Shown piece by piece: positions 26,301 through 39,974 of a stretch of 64,000 bases of DNA (positions are counted from its first letter, which is position 1; each line of letters begins with the position of its first letter). The position numbers and the translations under genes are program-made. This DNA is from Podarcis bocagei (Eukaryota), in NCBI GenBank assembly GCA_964188305.1, contig OZ076886.1; one strand, given 5' to 3'. Under the pieces are notes generated by a model. The model saw only the letters and a list, made by a program, of their open reading frames with translations. It was not told the DNA's origin and ran no database searches.

Positions 26301-27011
26301 ATAAACAAACTATTAGCAGTTCTGGGCATATGGCTATGAGCCAGACTCTGGGGGAAGTTGTGCATATTATTTATCCTTCAGCTTTAGAGAGGCCTAGCCT
26401 TTAGGTTACCCAAAGCATGTGAGCGTCAGGAAAAATCAGATGCGTTGATATGGAGGAGGAAACCTTATTTAAGACCTCTAAACACACTTGCTTCAGAGTC
26501 AGCTCTGTTGAACTCAACAAGGCTTACCTCTGATGATGAATGCTTAGGATTGGGCTACAGGCATCAGGTAAGAGTCCCACCTGAAACCAAACTATAGTGC
26601 TACCTGGAGATTATTTGGTGTGCAAAACTATAGACTGAAACCTTATCTGTTTGATATTTTGATGCTTAACCTGGCTGAACCCAAGAGGCTGAAGTATGGT
26701 GAAATTTACAAAAGACTTGAACAGGGGCATAGGAAGATGTCTTACACGACGTTGGTTTATTGAACTCAGTATTGTCGACATCAACTGGCAATGGCTCTTC
26801 AGGGCAGGGGTCTCTCCAAGATATGCTATATGAGATTGAAACTGGGACCTTCTGCATGCAAAGGAGATGCACTACCACTGAGCTACAAAATACTGGGGCA
26901 ATAAAAGACAGCTGCTAAAAGAATGTGGCAGCATTGGTGCTTCATACTCTTCTTTCCCACATTTTTACTGCAAGCAAATAGCCCCCTGAGTCACAAAGAA
27001 GTGATATCTCA

Positions 27012-27463
27012 GTTTCATTTGTTGAGACATTGGGAAGAAAAGGGGTGGAGGGGGGGAATGGGTGGGGTCGGGTGGCAATGTTTCTATTTTGCTTAATGTA
27101 TGTAGGGTTTGGTGTCAGCATTACTCGTGCCGGTTCTCTGCTGTTCACTTGTGTTCCTTTGGTGGTGAGAGAGGTTGGGGTTGTCCTAGGGTGTGGTTGT
27201 TTGTTTGTGATTGGCTGTGGTGATCTTTGTTTTTGTGAGTGAGTGGGGTGGGTGTGTGTTTTGGATCAGGTTAGCCATATTGATTTATATGCCGTTGGTG
27301 GATTATTGTCATTGTCTTGTTGAGCTGTGTACGTGATAAAGGGGAGCCATACTGGGTTTTGTCCCCGTGTCAGTTTCAGTTTATTGGTTAATTGTTACAT
27401 GGAAAAAATACGAGAGACATTTCTTGTAAAACAAGAAAATCTTTAATAAAAATAAAAATAAAA
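27012..27463 (+). mobile_element. L1-clade LINE, 5'-truncated with 5' inversion
   Basis: 19-bp TSD ACAAAGAAGTGATATCTCA at 26993-27011 and 27464-27482. About 27012-27392 is an L1-like ORF2 end plus 3'UTR on the minus strand (..LTNKLKLTRGQNPVWLPFITY..IWLT*). About 27393-27463 is a 3' end with AATAAA and an A-rich tail on the plus strand. Confidence 0.72.
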
Positions 27464-28005
27464 ACAAAGAAGTGATATCTCACACTAGAAATACCCATGT
27501 CCCTTTTTCTCGGTCACCCCACACTCTCAACTCTGTTGTCATACCATGTCCTCTTTCAGAAAGGTCACACCCATGAGCCACTTCCAACCCTCATGCTGAC
27601 CCCCTCCCTGTGGGGGCTGGTCTTTCTGCTGCCCTGAGGCCTAATTACCAACAGGGAAGTTTTAGATCTGGAGCTCTCCAGCTATTTTGGTATTCATTAA
27701 TGGATAGCTGAATTGGATGACCTATGTTGAGTTCCTTTCCAAGGATATTTTTATCCTGGTTGATAATAGGCACTTCTTCTTTTATTAGTATCATTTTCAG
27801 TACCATCGCATATACATTCCAGAGACAAGCTGCATACCAAAGGGTGGGGAAGCATGTAGCCCCATGGCTCCATCCACTCAGGGAGCCAACCAGGAGCTAT
27901 AGAAGAGACAGAAGGGGGTCTGAGAGAACCCCTTCCCTCCGAAAAAGGCCAAAAGGAGCCCGAAACCTCCTCTTCACAAGGCATAAAAACAACACAATCA
28001 AATAC

Positions 28006-28328
28006 TGTTATGTATTCAGTGGTCTGTGTTTGCCTGAGCTTGAGTCTGGACTAAAGATTCTGAGCCCCTGTGTTCTGATTCGATACATGATATCCAGTCA
28101 TAGAACATTTCAGAATTTGGGCCTCTGCCATTGGCCCTTAAACTCTGAGTCATGATTTGCAGCTTGGAAGTTTAGACAGCCAATCACGTTGGGCGTGGGA
28201 GTGGTCTAGGCCTTCAGAAATGTATATAAGCCATTGCTTTGACCCTGTTGTACAGTTCTGTTAGTTCAATAAAGGTTCTTGCTGTTATCACTGTGTCTTG
28301 CCTCGTGGGAACCCACCTACACATCACA
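28006..28328 (+). mobile_element. Solo LTR (ERV-like)
   Basis: Termini TGTTATGT...ACATCACA (7/8 inverted match). CCAAT, GGGCGTGG, TATATAA and AATAAA occur in U3-R-U5 order. The TSD is not clean (only TAC matches). Confidence 0.65.
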
Positions 28329-29729
28329 TACATTACTCTTTGTGGAATAACCTAAGCAACTGACAGAGCCATCTTTCAAGAAGATTATAATTTAGATTTA
28401 GGACGCCTCCAGATTATCAGGTAGGTGTACAAAATTACAGCAGACTAAAGCACCCAGTTGCCCTCAGGCAACAAATCTACTTTTAAAAAAACCCCTAAAA
28501 AAACCATCAGGCTTTGTGGTGAGTAAAGTCACAGAAAAATGCACTGGATGTGGGGTGAATAAATGATTAAGGGAAAGACATATAACCCACCATGAAAGTA
28601 AATACACCCTTTTGTTCCCTGCAAACAAATCAGAATGAATGTCAAGTCTCCTGGAAGAACCCTTAGAAAGTATCGAGGAGAGAGGAGAGGGGTCTGAGAG
28701 AAAGAAGGGGCAGACCTGCATAGGAGCAAATGTAGATATACAAATAGAAGCTTCTTAATTTTTCATCTCAGCCCCTTTGTGCCTTGTTGTGTCTTCTGAA
28801 GCTTCAGTGCATTTTAAGTGCACTGCTGCTGTCTGCCACTGAAGGTTGGGTTGGTCATCAGATAGTACCAGCCTGGCTCCAGGGACAAGGTTTCAACTCT
28901 TTCCACTCAGCCCATGAATGAGTACACAGAAGATGGCCATTTGACTCTATGCAGGGCGAGGCATTTCATACAGCAGTTCCTGCCCTTCTCCACATGCCCA
29001 AGTTGATTACAGGCTCTTTTTAAAGAACTAAAGAACTCAAGAAAAGTACCTATAAAAGGCACTGAGAGGGAAAAAATATGCTGTCCTGGCTAAGCTAGCA
29101 TTCTCTCCACCTTAAATAATGCAGCCAGAAATTAATTGGCACTAATTCACTCGTTCACAGTTGTACCCGAGATGTTGCTCATAAACAGCAGCCACGGTTC
29201 CCTGATTGCAGATATGTAATTAATTCAAGAAAAGGCTGCTATAAAATAACAATCCAATACAGCCTCAGCAGGTGTCAGTGTGGCAAGGAGAACAGATCGC
29301 AGTAGGAATGCACTGCATTTCAGCAATACACTGGCGTTGCAAATACTGCTACGGAGCAGGGAGGTGGGGTGGAGAAGAGACTGAGGGAGGAGAGGATGAA
29401 ATGCTCTGGGAGGTAATTGCAAGGCCGCCTAGGCTGGTGTGGCTGCATTGATTTCAGAGAAATTGCACAAACCCAAATGGTCAGGTGAACTGACCATTCT
29501 TTCACCTATTTACACAGGCTGTTATTCAGCCAGTAATGGGGCACGTTAATCTAACACTCTGATATAAATGGGAGGAATTGGTATTAAAAACCACAGGGGA
29601 TTCATTTTTTGTTTTACTGGAAAGAAGAAACACCGGGTTTTCTGACTTTATGGGTGACTTCTTGTGAACTCTTTGTGATGAGTGCTAGAGAAACCATTCC
29701 AATGCTTGCATGCACCTTTGGACTAATCT

Positions 29730-30175
29730 CAGTGCCAGATTTACATATAAGCTAAACAAGCTATATTTTAGGGCCCCACTCTCTTGGGGGCCCCCAAAAA
29801 AATTAAAGGAAAAGAAACCTGAATGTACATTTCCAAAATATAATATAAAAAACAAATAAAATAAAACCTACATACAGCAACAGTGTTTTGTGTTGTGTAG
29901 GCTCCTATGATGTAAGTTATGGGCCCCGCCTGCTCCCTAAAATATCACTGGTTTGCTCATTTCTATATATAGGGTGCCTACAATCTGCATGGACTGGTTG
30001 CAGGGCAACATGTGCAAATGGCTTTTGATACCTATTAGGTCCATCAATTACCATATAGCATATATTCAATACAGAAAACAGCAACAATTTGTTGTTGACA
30101 AAGGACAGCTGCACATATAATGAGCCCCATTACCTTCAGTAGCTTAGGGCCTCATCAGACCTCAATCTGGCCCTG
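29730..30175. mobile_element. hAT non-autonomous element
   Basis: TIRs CAGTGCCAGATT...AATCTGGCCCTG. 8-bp TSD ACTAATCT/ACTAATCC. Confidence 0.8.
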
Positions 30176-30664
30176 ACTAATCCACACTGGTCTGGCAGTT
30201 GTGGCACACACCCGGGGGCTCTGATGCTCACACAGAGCTCCACACAAGCAGGAGCCTTTGATGAGCGCTCCGTGAGGATGACCCTGCTGAGCAAACAAAA
30301 CACTGAGGACAACACTTGTTCCCCTGCTTGAGCAGAGCTCTGCAGATCACATGGCTGTTGTGTGATGTGCTGAAAAAATTAGTCAGGGGCAATGATGCTT
30401 CTGGCTTCCAGCTGATGGAAGCCACAGGACAGGAGAGTGATCTTGTGGTTGGGTTTCCCAAGAGAATCTGGGTAGCCACAGTGAGGACAAAATGCTGGAC
30501 TAGATGGGTCTTTGGCCGCATCCAGCAGGCTCTTATAAGTTTGACTGACCAACTGGTGACTGAATCATCTTTCTCCAGGGGACACTTCTTAAGAAACACA
30601 GGTGAATATTCATTGTTAATTACCGTTCAAACCAAAATGAAAGGCATTGATCAACCCCCTAAGA

Positions 30665-30802
30665 CGGCCTTTCTCAACCTGTGGGTCCCCAGATGTTGTT
30701 GAACTACAACTCCCATCACCCCTAGCTAGCAAGGCCAGAGCTCAGGGGTGCTGGGAGTTGTAGTCCAACAACATCTGTGGACCCACAGGTTGAGAACCGC
30801 TG
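30665..30802. mobile_element. hAT-Charlie MITE with SPIN/URR1-type terminus
   Basis: Right end is the reverse complement of CAGCGGTTCTCAACCTGTGGGTC. Palindromic body. Perfect 8-bp TSD CCCTAAGA at 30657-30664 and 30803-30810. Confidence 0.85.
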
Positions 30803-31163
30803 CCCTAAGAGATCTACTACAATCATATTGGAAATGCCAGGCCAAACTATACTTTGCCACTAATGAAGATGAAAAGAGGCACCAACTATTGCAGCACTAC
30901 ATCTGGTTTTCTTTGGCAGGGAATAAGTAGATTCGTTTTAATAAGGCGGTGCATTATTCTGTGTTGCTCAATGTGTCTGTTAGATGAGATTTCTGGCATC
31001 CATCCTTACGGAACTGTGTAGCTCAGGCTGTGTGCAGAGGTGCATGGCTGCAACTGTCACAGCTATGTGCTCAACAGACAAGGCAGGTTTTATTCACACA
31101 TTCCAGTCCCATACTTGGAAGCCTATTGCCAATATTCAGCTTAGAAGGCTGCACCAGCATAAC

Positions 31164-31479
31164 CACCGAGGGCCTCCTGGCGGTTCCCTCATTGCGAGAA
31201 GTGAGGTTACTGGGAACCAGACAGAGGGCCTTCTCGGTAGTGGCACCCACCCTGTGGAACACCCTCCCTTCAGATGTAAAGGAAATAAGCAACTATCCTA
31301 TCTTTAAAAGACATCTGAAGGCAGCCCTGTTCAGGGAAGTTTTTAATATTTAATGCTGTACTGTTTTTAACACTTGATTGGGAGCTGCCCAGAGTGGCTG
31401 GGGAAACTTAGCCAGATGAGCGGGGTATAAATATATGATGATGATGATGATGATGATGATTATCATCATTATTATTATT
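31164..31479 (+). mobile_element. L2 LINE 3' fragment with (GAT)n/(ATT)n tail
   Basis: EGLLAVPSLREVRLLGTRQRAFSVVAPTLWNTLPSDVKEISNYPIFKRHLKAALFREVF. Confidence 0.82.
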
Positions 31480-34400
31480 GGTTCTAAGGCATCCAAAACA
31501 GTCTTTCAACACTCTCCAGGTAGGTGCCCCAAAAACCCACTCCAGGAGTTTGATTCTTCTTCCATTTCCGAGCCAGCTCTGGCTTACAGCACATCTGGTG
31601 AACACGCTTGTTGCTGGCACAGCAGCATTGCCTCATAAGGCTGTCCAGGTGTGCCTTCCTAGGTCGGTTGCCAATACAAGCACGGCACAAGAGGTTGCGA
31701 TGCTGTGCTGGCTCGGCCGCCGGCCTGCCACATTGCAAAAAGACACATTCACCAATGGAGTAACTCACAGGGTGGGGCTGTTAAAGAACAACATCTACAA
31801 GAGAGAGCCTTCCCATGCTGATGGCGCTTTTAACTCGAGCAAATGCAAGATTGCACTCTCTCTGTTGCAATGCAGATCTGAGATAGATATGGCAGGCAAT
31901 TCTTGTGCTCAGATGAATTTTATCTGCCATAAAAAATACAGCTACCCTTTCTAAATCACCACCATAAAACTCCAGAACGCAGGTTGGGGGAAAGCGACGT
32001 GCATCTGACAGACACTGTTAAAAATAAAAATACAAAATGCACGTTTAAGGAAGCCGTCCTTGGCAGAAAAGACGAAAACCTTTCCAAGAGCTTTGCTGAA
32101 TGGCTTTCCAATTTTTCTCCCTAGCAATTATGTGTTAAGTATTTCGAGACACATTATATTCAAGTGAGGGGGGGGGATTTGTGCATCAACGCTCCTGCAT
32201 TTATAACTTAAGAATATGTCAAATAGAGTATTAATGGAGTACACAGTTGTTGCTTTTTTATTTTCTTACAGCGTTTTTCAAGATGCAGCATACAAAAATA
32301 TTGGGAGATAAGAACAGATTAATGACATTCATCCCCAGAAATAATTTTCCAAGCAGGGAGCTGCAAGTTCATCATCTCATGGAGGCCCACCGATCAGGAA
32401 GTGTTAATTGGAGCCTGCCAATCAAGTCAGTGGATGGCAAAGCCCCTAATAAAAGCCCAAAGCCCCACACCCGACTTCCCTTGGTTTTGCCATATTATGC
32501 AACCCTGAGCCTTTGAGTGGGACTATGCTAAGAAGAATCACAGCAATGGACCATATGTGCAGCGATGGGTCATATGATAGGGAGGGGAAGCAGGCACACT
32601 CTATAAAGCAGGGCTGGAGCCCTCCAGATGGTGCTGGGCTTCTATAATTGCCGCCCATTTGCCTGTGGGCTGGGGCTTATAGGAGTTGGAGTCTTACAAC
32701 CCCTGGAGGGGCAGAGGTCTCCCCCCCCCCCGCTATGAAGGGAGATTAGTAAATTCTATAAAAGTAGGAGAAGTGGAGTTGGAGAAGTGGAATATATGGC
32801 AATGCCTGATGTTGCTGAAGCTAAGTAGATGCAACCACTGCCTGGATGTAAGACCCCTGGGAAGACCCATAAAAGCATGAGAATGGAAGAATGGGTGGAA
32901 GGTAGACCCCTTCCATTCTTCCTTTGCCTCCTGCATTTCATCCAAATGGTGTGAATCCTTTCTGCTCTGGCAAAGGAGTAAAGGTGCCATCTGTCACTCA
33001 GCTAATGTGCCGCCCTAACATCTAAATACTGTCACCTAGTAGCAAAGGTTAGTATTCATCAAGGAATGCAGTTTCAAGGCCAAGCCATCACAAAGCACCC
33101 ACACTAGCAATTCCACCCCATTAAATGCATATCCATCCATCACATTTCTTCCCGGTATTTCTCTCCTAAAAATAGAAGGCTGAAACTGTACCATGCAGAT
33201 GCAGACCTTTTCGTTGGATCAAATACAAAGGGTAGATTTTCAGTGGGTGACCTTGTGCCAGTTATCATGTCAGCCTTCAAAATGGCAGCCTTTTCAGCAG
33301 AACATGCAAGTCTGTTCAGTCCTGGCTGGCAAGCCCATTTTAACAGGGGGCACCTTGGGAAATGTACATGAACATGAGAAAGATCATTAGAAAATGGGGC
33401 AAAAGTGCTGCCATCATAATCAGCAGAATTAATTCAATATACAGCATGTCTGAATGCACCCAAAGAGTCAGATAAATTGAGGGGCAGAGTATAGAAGATT
33501 TCAGTTCCATGATACAAAGAGGTGGAAGAAATGAGGATTCAACTGTTTGAGCCATTAAAAAAACAACACACCACGAACCCCATTACACTCTCCTAGCTCA
33601 CTACATCCTCATGTAATCTACACTATATACCGTACTTTGGGTGGACAACGTCACAGCTCTTAGAAGTATTAACAAATACGTTCACCCTACAGTCTGTCTG
33701 AGAATACAAACGCTCCCACTAATCATTATTTCTTCTGTACAGGAGTGCAGAGTGAAAGCAAAATTGCACGTGGGGAGTCCTGATCACTGCCAAGAAATAC
33801 TGTGTTAGTGAGAAAGCGACAATCACGAAAGTCGGAGCACTTAGCATAGCAGCCAGCTTGCTCTGGTCCTCCGCAGGGGTGCCCAAGAAAGGCAAGTCAG
33901 TTGCTGCAGCACCTTGGAGAGCTCCTAGTGAGCTCTGACAAAGGTTGGAATTAACCAGAGGGATTCTGAATTTCTGCATCCAAGTTAACCTCTCCTAGGC
34001 TCCACACCAGAGACTCTTAAAGGCCTGAAGGCAGGCACTCCAATACACATAAATACCACACACCTGGTGTGCTCCCTGCACCACTGAACTGGCGAGCTAC
34101 TTTGAGATACAGTACTCTCAGGGGAGGACAGCTGTGAGGGACCTGGATTCTATTCTACAGGCTCTAGTGCTGTGGTACCTGGTTCAGTGGGTTCCTGCCT
34201 GCCAGACTAAGGTTCCATGGTACCCTGAAAAGCAGAATTAGGCTGAAAATCAGTGCTCTGGTCTGGCTCCTTTGTCAGTAATACTGTAGCTTCCAATTTA
34301 GTGTCCTAGTCACTGCCAGACTCCAGGGACATGACAATAATATTGTTTGTTGCAAAGAGTTATGGGGTTCCGAATTAGAATGCCCAAATCACTCCCCTCT

Positions 34401-35590
34401 AATAGGAAAGTCAGGTCTGAACTCTGGTGGCAGCTATGTAGCCAAAATGAAACCACTGAGAAATCTTATTGGTTCTGATTAATGTTTCCTCTAGGGGCCT
34501 CAGAGGCTGGAGGTGGACTTCAGAGCAGGCCTGTCCAAGAATCATAGGTTTGTACAACCATCTGCCATCAGCAATCCAAGGCAGTTATGTCAGGCTTTGG
34601 AGTGGTCAGTAACACAAAGAAGTTCCTCTATTCAGCAGCAGTCAGGGGAACACAGCAGGCTATTTCCAGGAAGCTGACAAATGCCTTTCTTTCCCCAGGC
34701 TCAACAAATCATTCTCAGGCATCAGAGGACCTCAGCAACATGGGATGGTAGTGTGAGCGTGCCGTCATATACAGACACATCACACAGCAACCTAGAATAC
34801 TTGCCCAACTCACTGGAATGTGCAGGGCCAGCACTGTTTTTAAAAATCCCATGAAATATCTCTGGCTTCTCGCATTTCAAATTTATTCATAGATGCCAAT
34901 GGTCCATATTTATTTAAAGGAAATGGGAAGGAGGAGGAAACTGCAGTGTGCAATCTCACACAAGAATCTGGCAGATGTGCTCTCACACCTAGCCAATGCC
35001 CCACCCCCACCCCCATTCTCCTGAAATGAATATGTTAATTGACTTAAATGCACGAGAGTTTAAGACTGCCTGCTGGCTAATACTCATGTTGAGCCAAAGA
35101 ACTCGTATTATTGCAAGGGCAGGGTTAAGGAGGTAGAGAAACCGTCAAGGTGGGTTAAACCAAACAGTGGGGCAATCCTAACTCTTACCTACCTTAATCA
35201 GGCATGTTTAGAGCTTTCGGAAACCTAACTCAGAATCCACTGCCACTGATTCCATGTTGGATATCACCACATTTAGTACTTGAGAACGCCCTTCCCCCAA
35301 TTTTGCCAGTCTTACACTTACCAAAAACATTCTGATTTGCTACGAACGTCCATCAATATTTTCACTGGGGGAGCTGCTCTAAAATTTGATTCACATTTTG
35401 CTTTAGATGACATTTCCATGCCAACTCTTTTTATAATGTAAAATGGATTAGATTGCTGAGTAGAACTGCAAGAAGGCATTCTATATTCTATGGGCATACA
35501 AACTAACTAGGTGTCTCTGGGCAGACTCAGAACTTTGCAAGACCAGAACCAGACGTGCTTGATTGGCCTTTTGGCAGGCCAGAGTTGTTA

Positions 35591-35870
35591 GAAGAGGAAG
35601 AGGAGGAGGAGGAGGAGGAGGAGGAGGAGGAGGAGGAGTTTGGACTTGATATCCCGCCTTTTACTACCCTAAGGAGTCTCCAAGTGGCTAACAATCTCCT
35701 TTTCCTTCCTCCCCAACAACAAACACTCTGTGAGGTGAGTGGGGCTGAGAGACTTCAGAGAAGTGTGACTAGCCCAAGGTCACCCAGCAGCTGCATGTGG
35801 AGGAGCGGGAAAGCGAACCCAGTTCACCAGATTACAAGTCCACCGCTCTTAACCACTACACCATGCTGGT
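35591..35870 (-). mobile_element. tRNA-derived SINE (Squam3-like) with expanded (CTC)n tail
   Basis: Reverse complement of the 14755-15000 family. The tail explains the poly-Glu pseudo-ORF at 35555-35908. Confidence 0.82.
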
Positions 35871-38660
35871 TAGGATGGGAAGGCATCAGTAGGTTATTTA
35901 TAGACTAGACCTGGCACCTTACAGTATATTGCCTGCTTCTGTTTATTTGGATGCAGGCAACATGCATACAATCAATGATAACTTAACCTGGAGCCAGAAC
36001 TCATTGCATTGAGGTTTGAACCTGTTTTCAGTCTGAGGGCAAGACCACAGACTATCTGAAATGGAATGCAAGCGGAAGTGCCTGCTTTGGCCAGGATGGA
36101 AGACCCAATATCTCCAATGAGGCAAGAATCTGGCTATGATGCCCAGAACTTGGGGGGGGGGGGAGGCTACTTTGAATTGCTCAAGGTAAGGCGATGCAGC
36201 TAGAACTGCAGTTTTATAGAGGCAAAGACCAACCAGCAGCTAGTAGCTACTATAGCTAGTAGAAATCTAGCTATAGATGGTTCAGCATATCTTTGAAAAG
36301 ACTGGCTGCAGAACTACTGATATAGCAGCCTTGTTAAGACTTGCAGTTCCTGCCTTGGGCCCAAGAACCTCCTTGATGGTACCATGAACAGTGACACTGT
36401 CTTGATAACTCTCGGCCAAGAACACAAGGAGAATCCAATGCATCGTCCTGTTTCTCTCTATGGCCAACCACACAGCTATGGGAAGCAGGACCTGAGTACA
36501 ACAGCACTCTCCACACTTATGATTTCCCAGCAGATGGTGTTCAAGGGGTGAACTGCCTCTGATTCTGGAGGCAGTATACAACCATGGAGAAGACAGGCTT
36601 CTTCTCCGTGAATATGACTAATCCTCATTTAAAGCCATCTCCATTTGTGGTCATCACTACATCTTATGGAGGCAAATTTCACAGTTTAAATATATACTGC
36701 GTAAATGAAGTCCTTCCTTTTGGCTTGTTCTGAATTTGCCTTTCTTTTCTTTCTTTCCCCTTTTTTTTGTAGCTGCCACACGCTGGGCAAATGTTTTTGT
36801 TCAGCCATCCCCCACCCCACCCTGATGCACAAGTGTTCTCTAATCAATGAGACAAGGTGAAGTGGCTGCCTCAAGTGGCAGGGTTCTGAGTGCTGCTCAG
36901 AGTGGATTGTAAAACACAACAATCCGCCATAAAGTTCTCTTGCACAAATCCCACTGGAAAAAAATAAATAAAGGGAACTTCATTTAATTGGAGCTTCCCC
37001 ATGAGAGCTTTGTGGTGGGTTGGGCCCCAGGTTAGAATTTAGAATAGGCAAGATCTAGGCAATAATTCCCAGGGATTCTAATGCATGTCTTTATTCTTTC
37101 CTGTTTCAATTAGTGGGACTTTTAAAGAGCCTAACTTGAGTTGACGTGTGCTGTATCTGTGTCGGAGAGCCATTTGCATTTTTTTGCCTCGGGCACCCAA
37201 ATGTCTTGAGCTGGTCCTTCTTGGTGATGGTGCCAGAGACTTCATCGGGTAACTTTGATCCAGTTACACAATCTTTTTTTCTGCACTTCTTTGTTGTTTC
37301 CTTTGCCTTTTGTTTACATGCTGCGGGGGCCTTGGAGTACAAAGAACTGACTGATTTAGGTTAATACAGATCCCAGAAGCCTATGGTGAGGGGGAAAACG
37401 TTGTTTCTTGAGGCACACCCTGGAAACACTTTATTAACATACACAGGAGTATTATACTGAACTGGAAAACTTCTATGAAACTCATTTATTCACTTATCTA
37501 GCCATGAGTTCCCAACTGTATTCATAATTTTGAATACATTGTAAAATCCAAACTTAAAGCCTAAATGCCAAGGGATCAGTCTCTTAGAGCATCTACGTCT
37601 TCATCCTGCTTTCTCAAATGCACTGTGTTCAATTTGATGCTACATATAGGAGTTAAAACTCTCTCAGGCATATTTAATAGCCTGAACAATTTTATTTATT
37701 TGAAGCTTCTTCCAAGCCAACAGTCAATCTCACGAACAGTTCAGCAGAGAGACTAGGCTTGGGCAAGGGAAAGATGGTCCACAATTCAGATAACTGTACT
37801 CTAAAGTCTCCATATCCATCAATGGAGTTTTTGACGTATTCCCCTGCTTTTGGGTGGAATAATAACACTCAAAATAGAATTAAAATCAAGGAAGTGTGGT
37901 CTAGGGTGTCGAGCAAAAAAATATCTGCATGCTGCACTATGAACTACCTTCAAAACTCAAGAGGCACATCAGAGGTTGTTTGCAAAGCATCATGGGTAGC
38001 AAAATTCAGAAGGAGGCAAAAACAGGCTGGTTTTGCTTTGAAGCTGAAAGTCAAGCAATCGCTGAATGAGTTTGCATGCTACGAAAAGGGTGTGTTAAAT
38101 CTGTATTGTATGAAGAGCATTGCCAACAACTCAATTGTTTCTGGAAGTCATTTGTTTATCAGTTAAGCCTCTTCAAAGGAGAAGAGATGGAACGATGGGA
38201 GAAATCATGGTTTGGGAAAAGAGAAGACAAGGAGTAGAAACTGGTTTTGAAAAAGGATAACAGGGCCAGAGGCTGTTTAAGCAATTGCAGGACCGGCCCT
38301 ACCATTAGGTAGAGTAAGGAAACTGACACAAGAGTTTGATGTTGGGCAGGGCAGCAGCTTCCTGGCTGCTCTCACTGTAGAGGGACAGCTGTGTGTGCCA
38401 TGTAGCTTTCCAGCAGTTCCATAAGGAGCCTGCTTCTGCTAGGTACAGTGGAGGACTCTATTCCTTGCCAACAATGAAATAAGCTGCTAGTCCAGTTGGC
38501 TACTGTACATTGAATGATGGGTGCCCCATCTTGTGCTTTGCCTCAGGCAACAAAATATTTTGGGCCGGCTCTAGCCAACAGGACTGTCAAACCAGCAGTG
38601 GGCTAATGCCTACACACACACTGAAGTCATCTCACACATCCTAAATACATCTAAATGTCT

Positions 38661-38661
<1 letters not shown>

Positions 38662-38704
<43 letters not shown>
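38662..38704. repeat. (CA)n microsatellite
   Basis: Pure dinucleotide run. Confidence 0.95.
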
Positions 38705-38705
<1 letters not shown>

Positions 38706-39485
38706 CTTGCCTTCCACATTCCAGTTGTTTGCAACAATGGATAACAACATTGCAGAATCGATATACTGTATCAACAGCTACAAAGCCTGTTGCTTCATAG
38801 AGATCTGTGCAATGAGGGTGTTGTTTAATAAGGGATGCACTGTGTTTTCCATAGAGTTGTGATGAATTGAGACAATTATTTAAAATCCTTCAGAGTTTTG
38901 TTGACACACATTCTGGTCATTTGTTAGCCGAGCAGAAAAAGAGCAACTTATAAAACTAGAAACAGCATTAGAAAGAAAGGGGGGGGGGACTGGTTAACTT
39001 CGTTGTAAATAAGGTCTTGAAAATATACCACCTGTTGTTTCATAGGGTTCCCCTCCCCCTTTTGTTCTTCCTAAGATAATTAATCATTGACACATTTGGC
39101 AGCTGAGTACAACACAACACATAACAGTGCATCGTGGTAACTGAAGAACATATTCCACTTAGGGAAGATAGAACTGTGGGGCATATAAAAAATTCACAGC
39201 TTTCAAACGATATGCTGGGGGGAGAGGGAATATGCTGGCTGCAAAGAGCAATCATTTGTCTGATGTCTGCCTTATCATCTGCAAGTTTCCATAAATATGG
39301 AGAGTGGTTTTAGCAACCAGATTCACAAGAATAATAACATAATCATAGTATGTTGAGAGGGAAAAAAGAGTGCTGCAAGATTTTGAAAAATCTGAGTAGG
39401 CTGGAAAGAGATATGAAAAGCGGGGATTCCAGAGGTTCAACAGATTGGTGATGTTGACTTCCCTCCTTGCTCAAGGATGTACACA

Positions 39486-39539
<54 letters not shown>

Positions 39540-39974
39540 AGATCCACCATGAATGACTTCTAGCAACCTCCTAGTTCAAAAGAGGCAGGCCACTCTGCAG
39601 CAGTTGCTGGAGAACAAAAGCAGGAGAGGGCCTGTTGCCCTGATGCCCAGCTTCTGAGATTTCCTTGGACATCTGGTTGGCCACTGGGGGAAACAGGATG
39701 CTAGACTAAATTGACTTTTTGTCTGATCGAGCAGGGTTCTTGTGATCTTATGAAGAAGAAGCTTGTCCCAGGAGGCATTACAGAGAACCCTCTCTGTTCT
39801 TTGAAGGGCCACATAACAGGGGTCACCAACCTGGTCCCATGGGCACCATGGAGTCCACGAAAGCTTCCGGCTGTGCCACTAGGTAGGTGCCCCAGACATG
39901 CGTGTGTGCCCACACAAACACACACACACACACGTCATAATAGAAAATAAGGGACCAGTGGCCCAGCCTTGGAA

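Noticed and set aside
35555-35908. Poly-Glu ORF as a host protein
   Set aside because: It is the antisense reading of a SINE and its (CTC)n tail.
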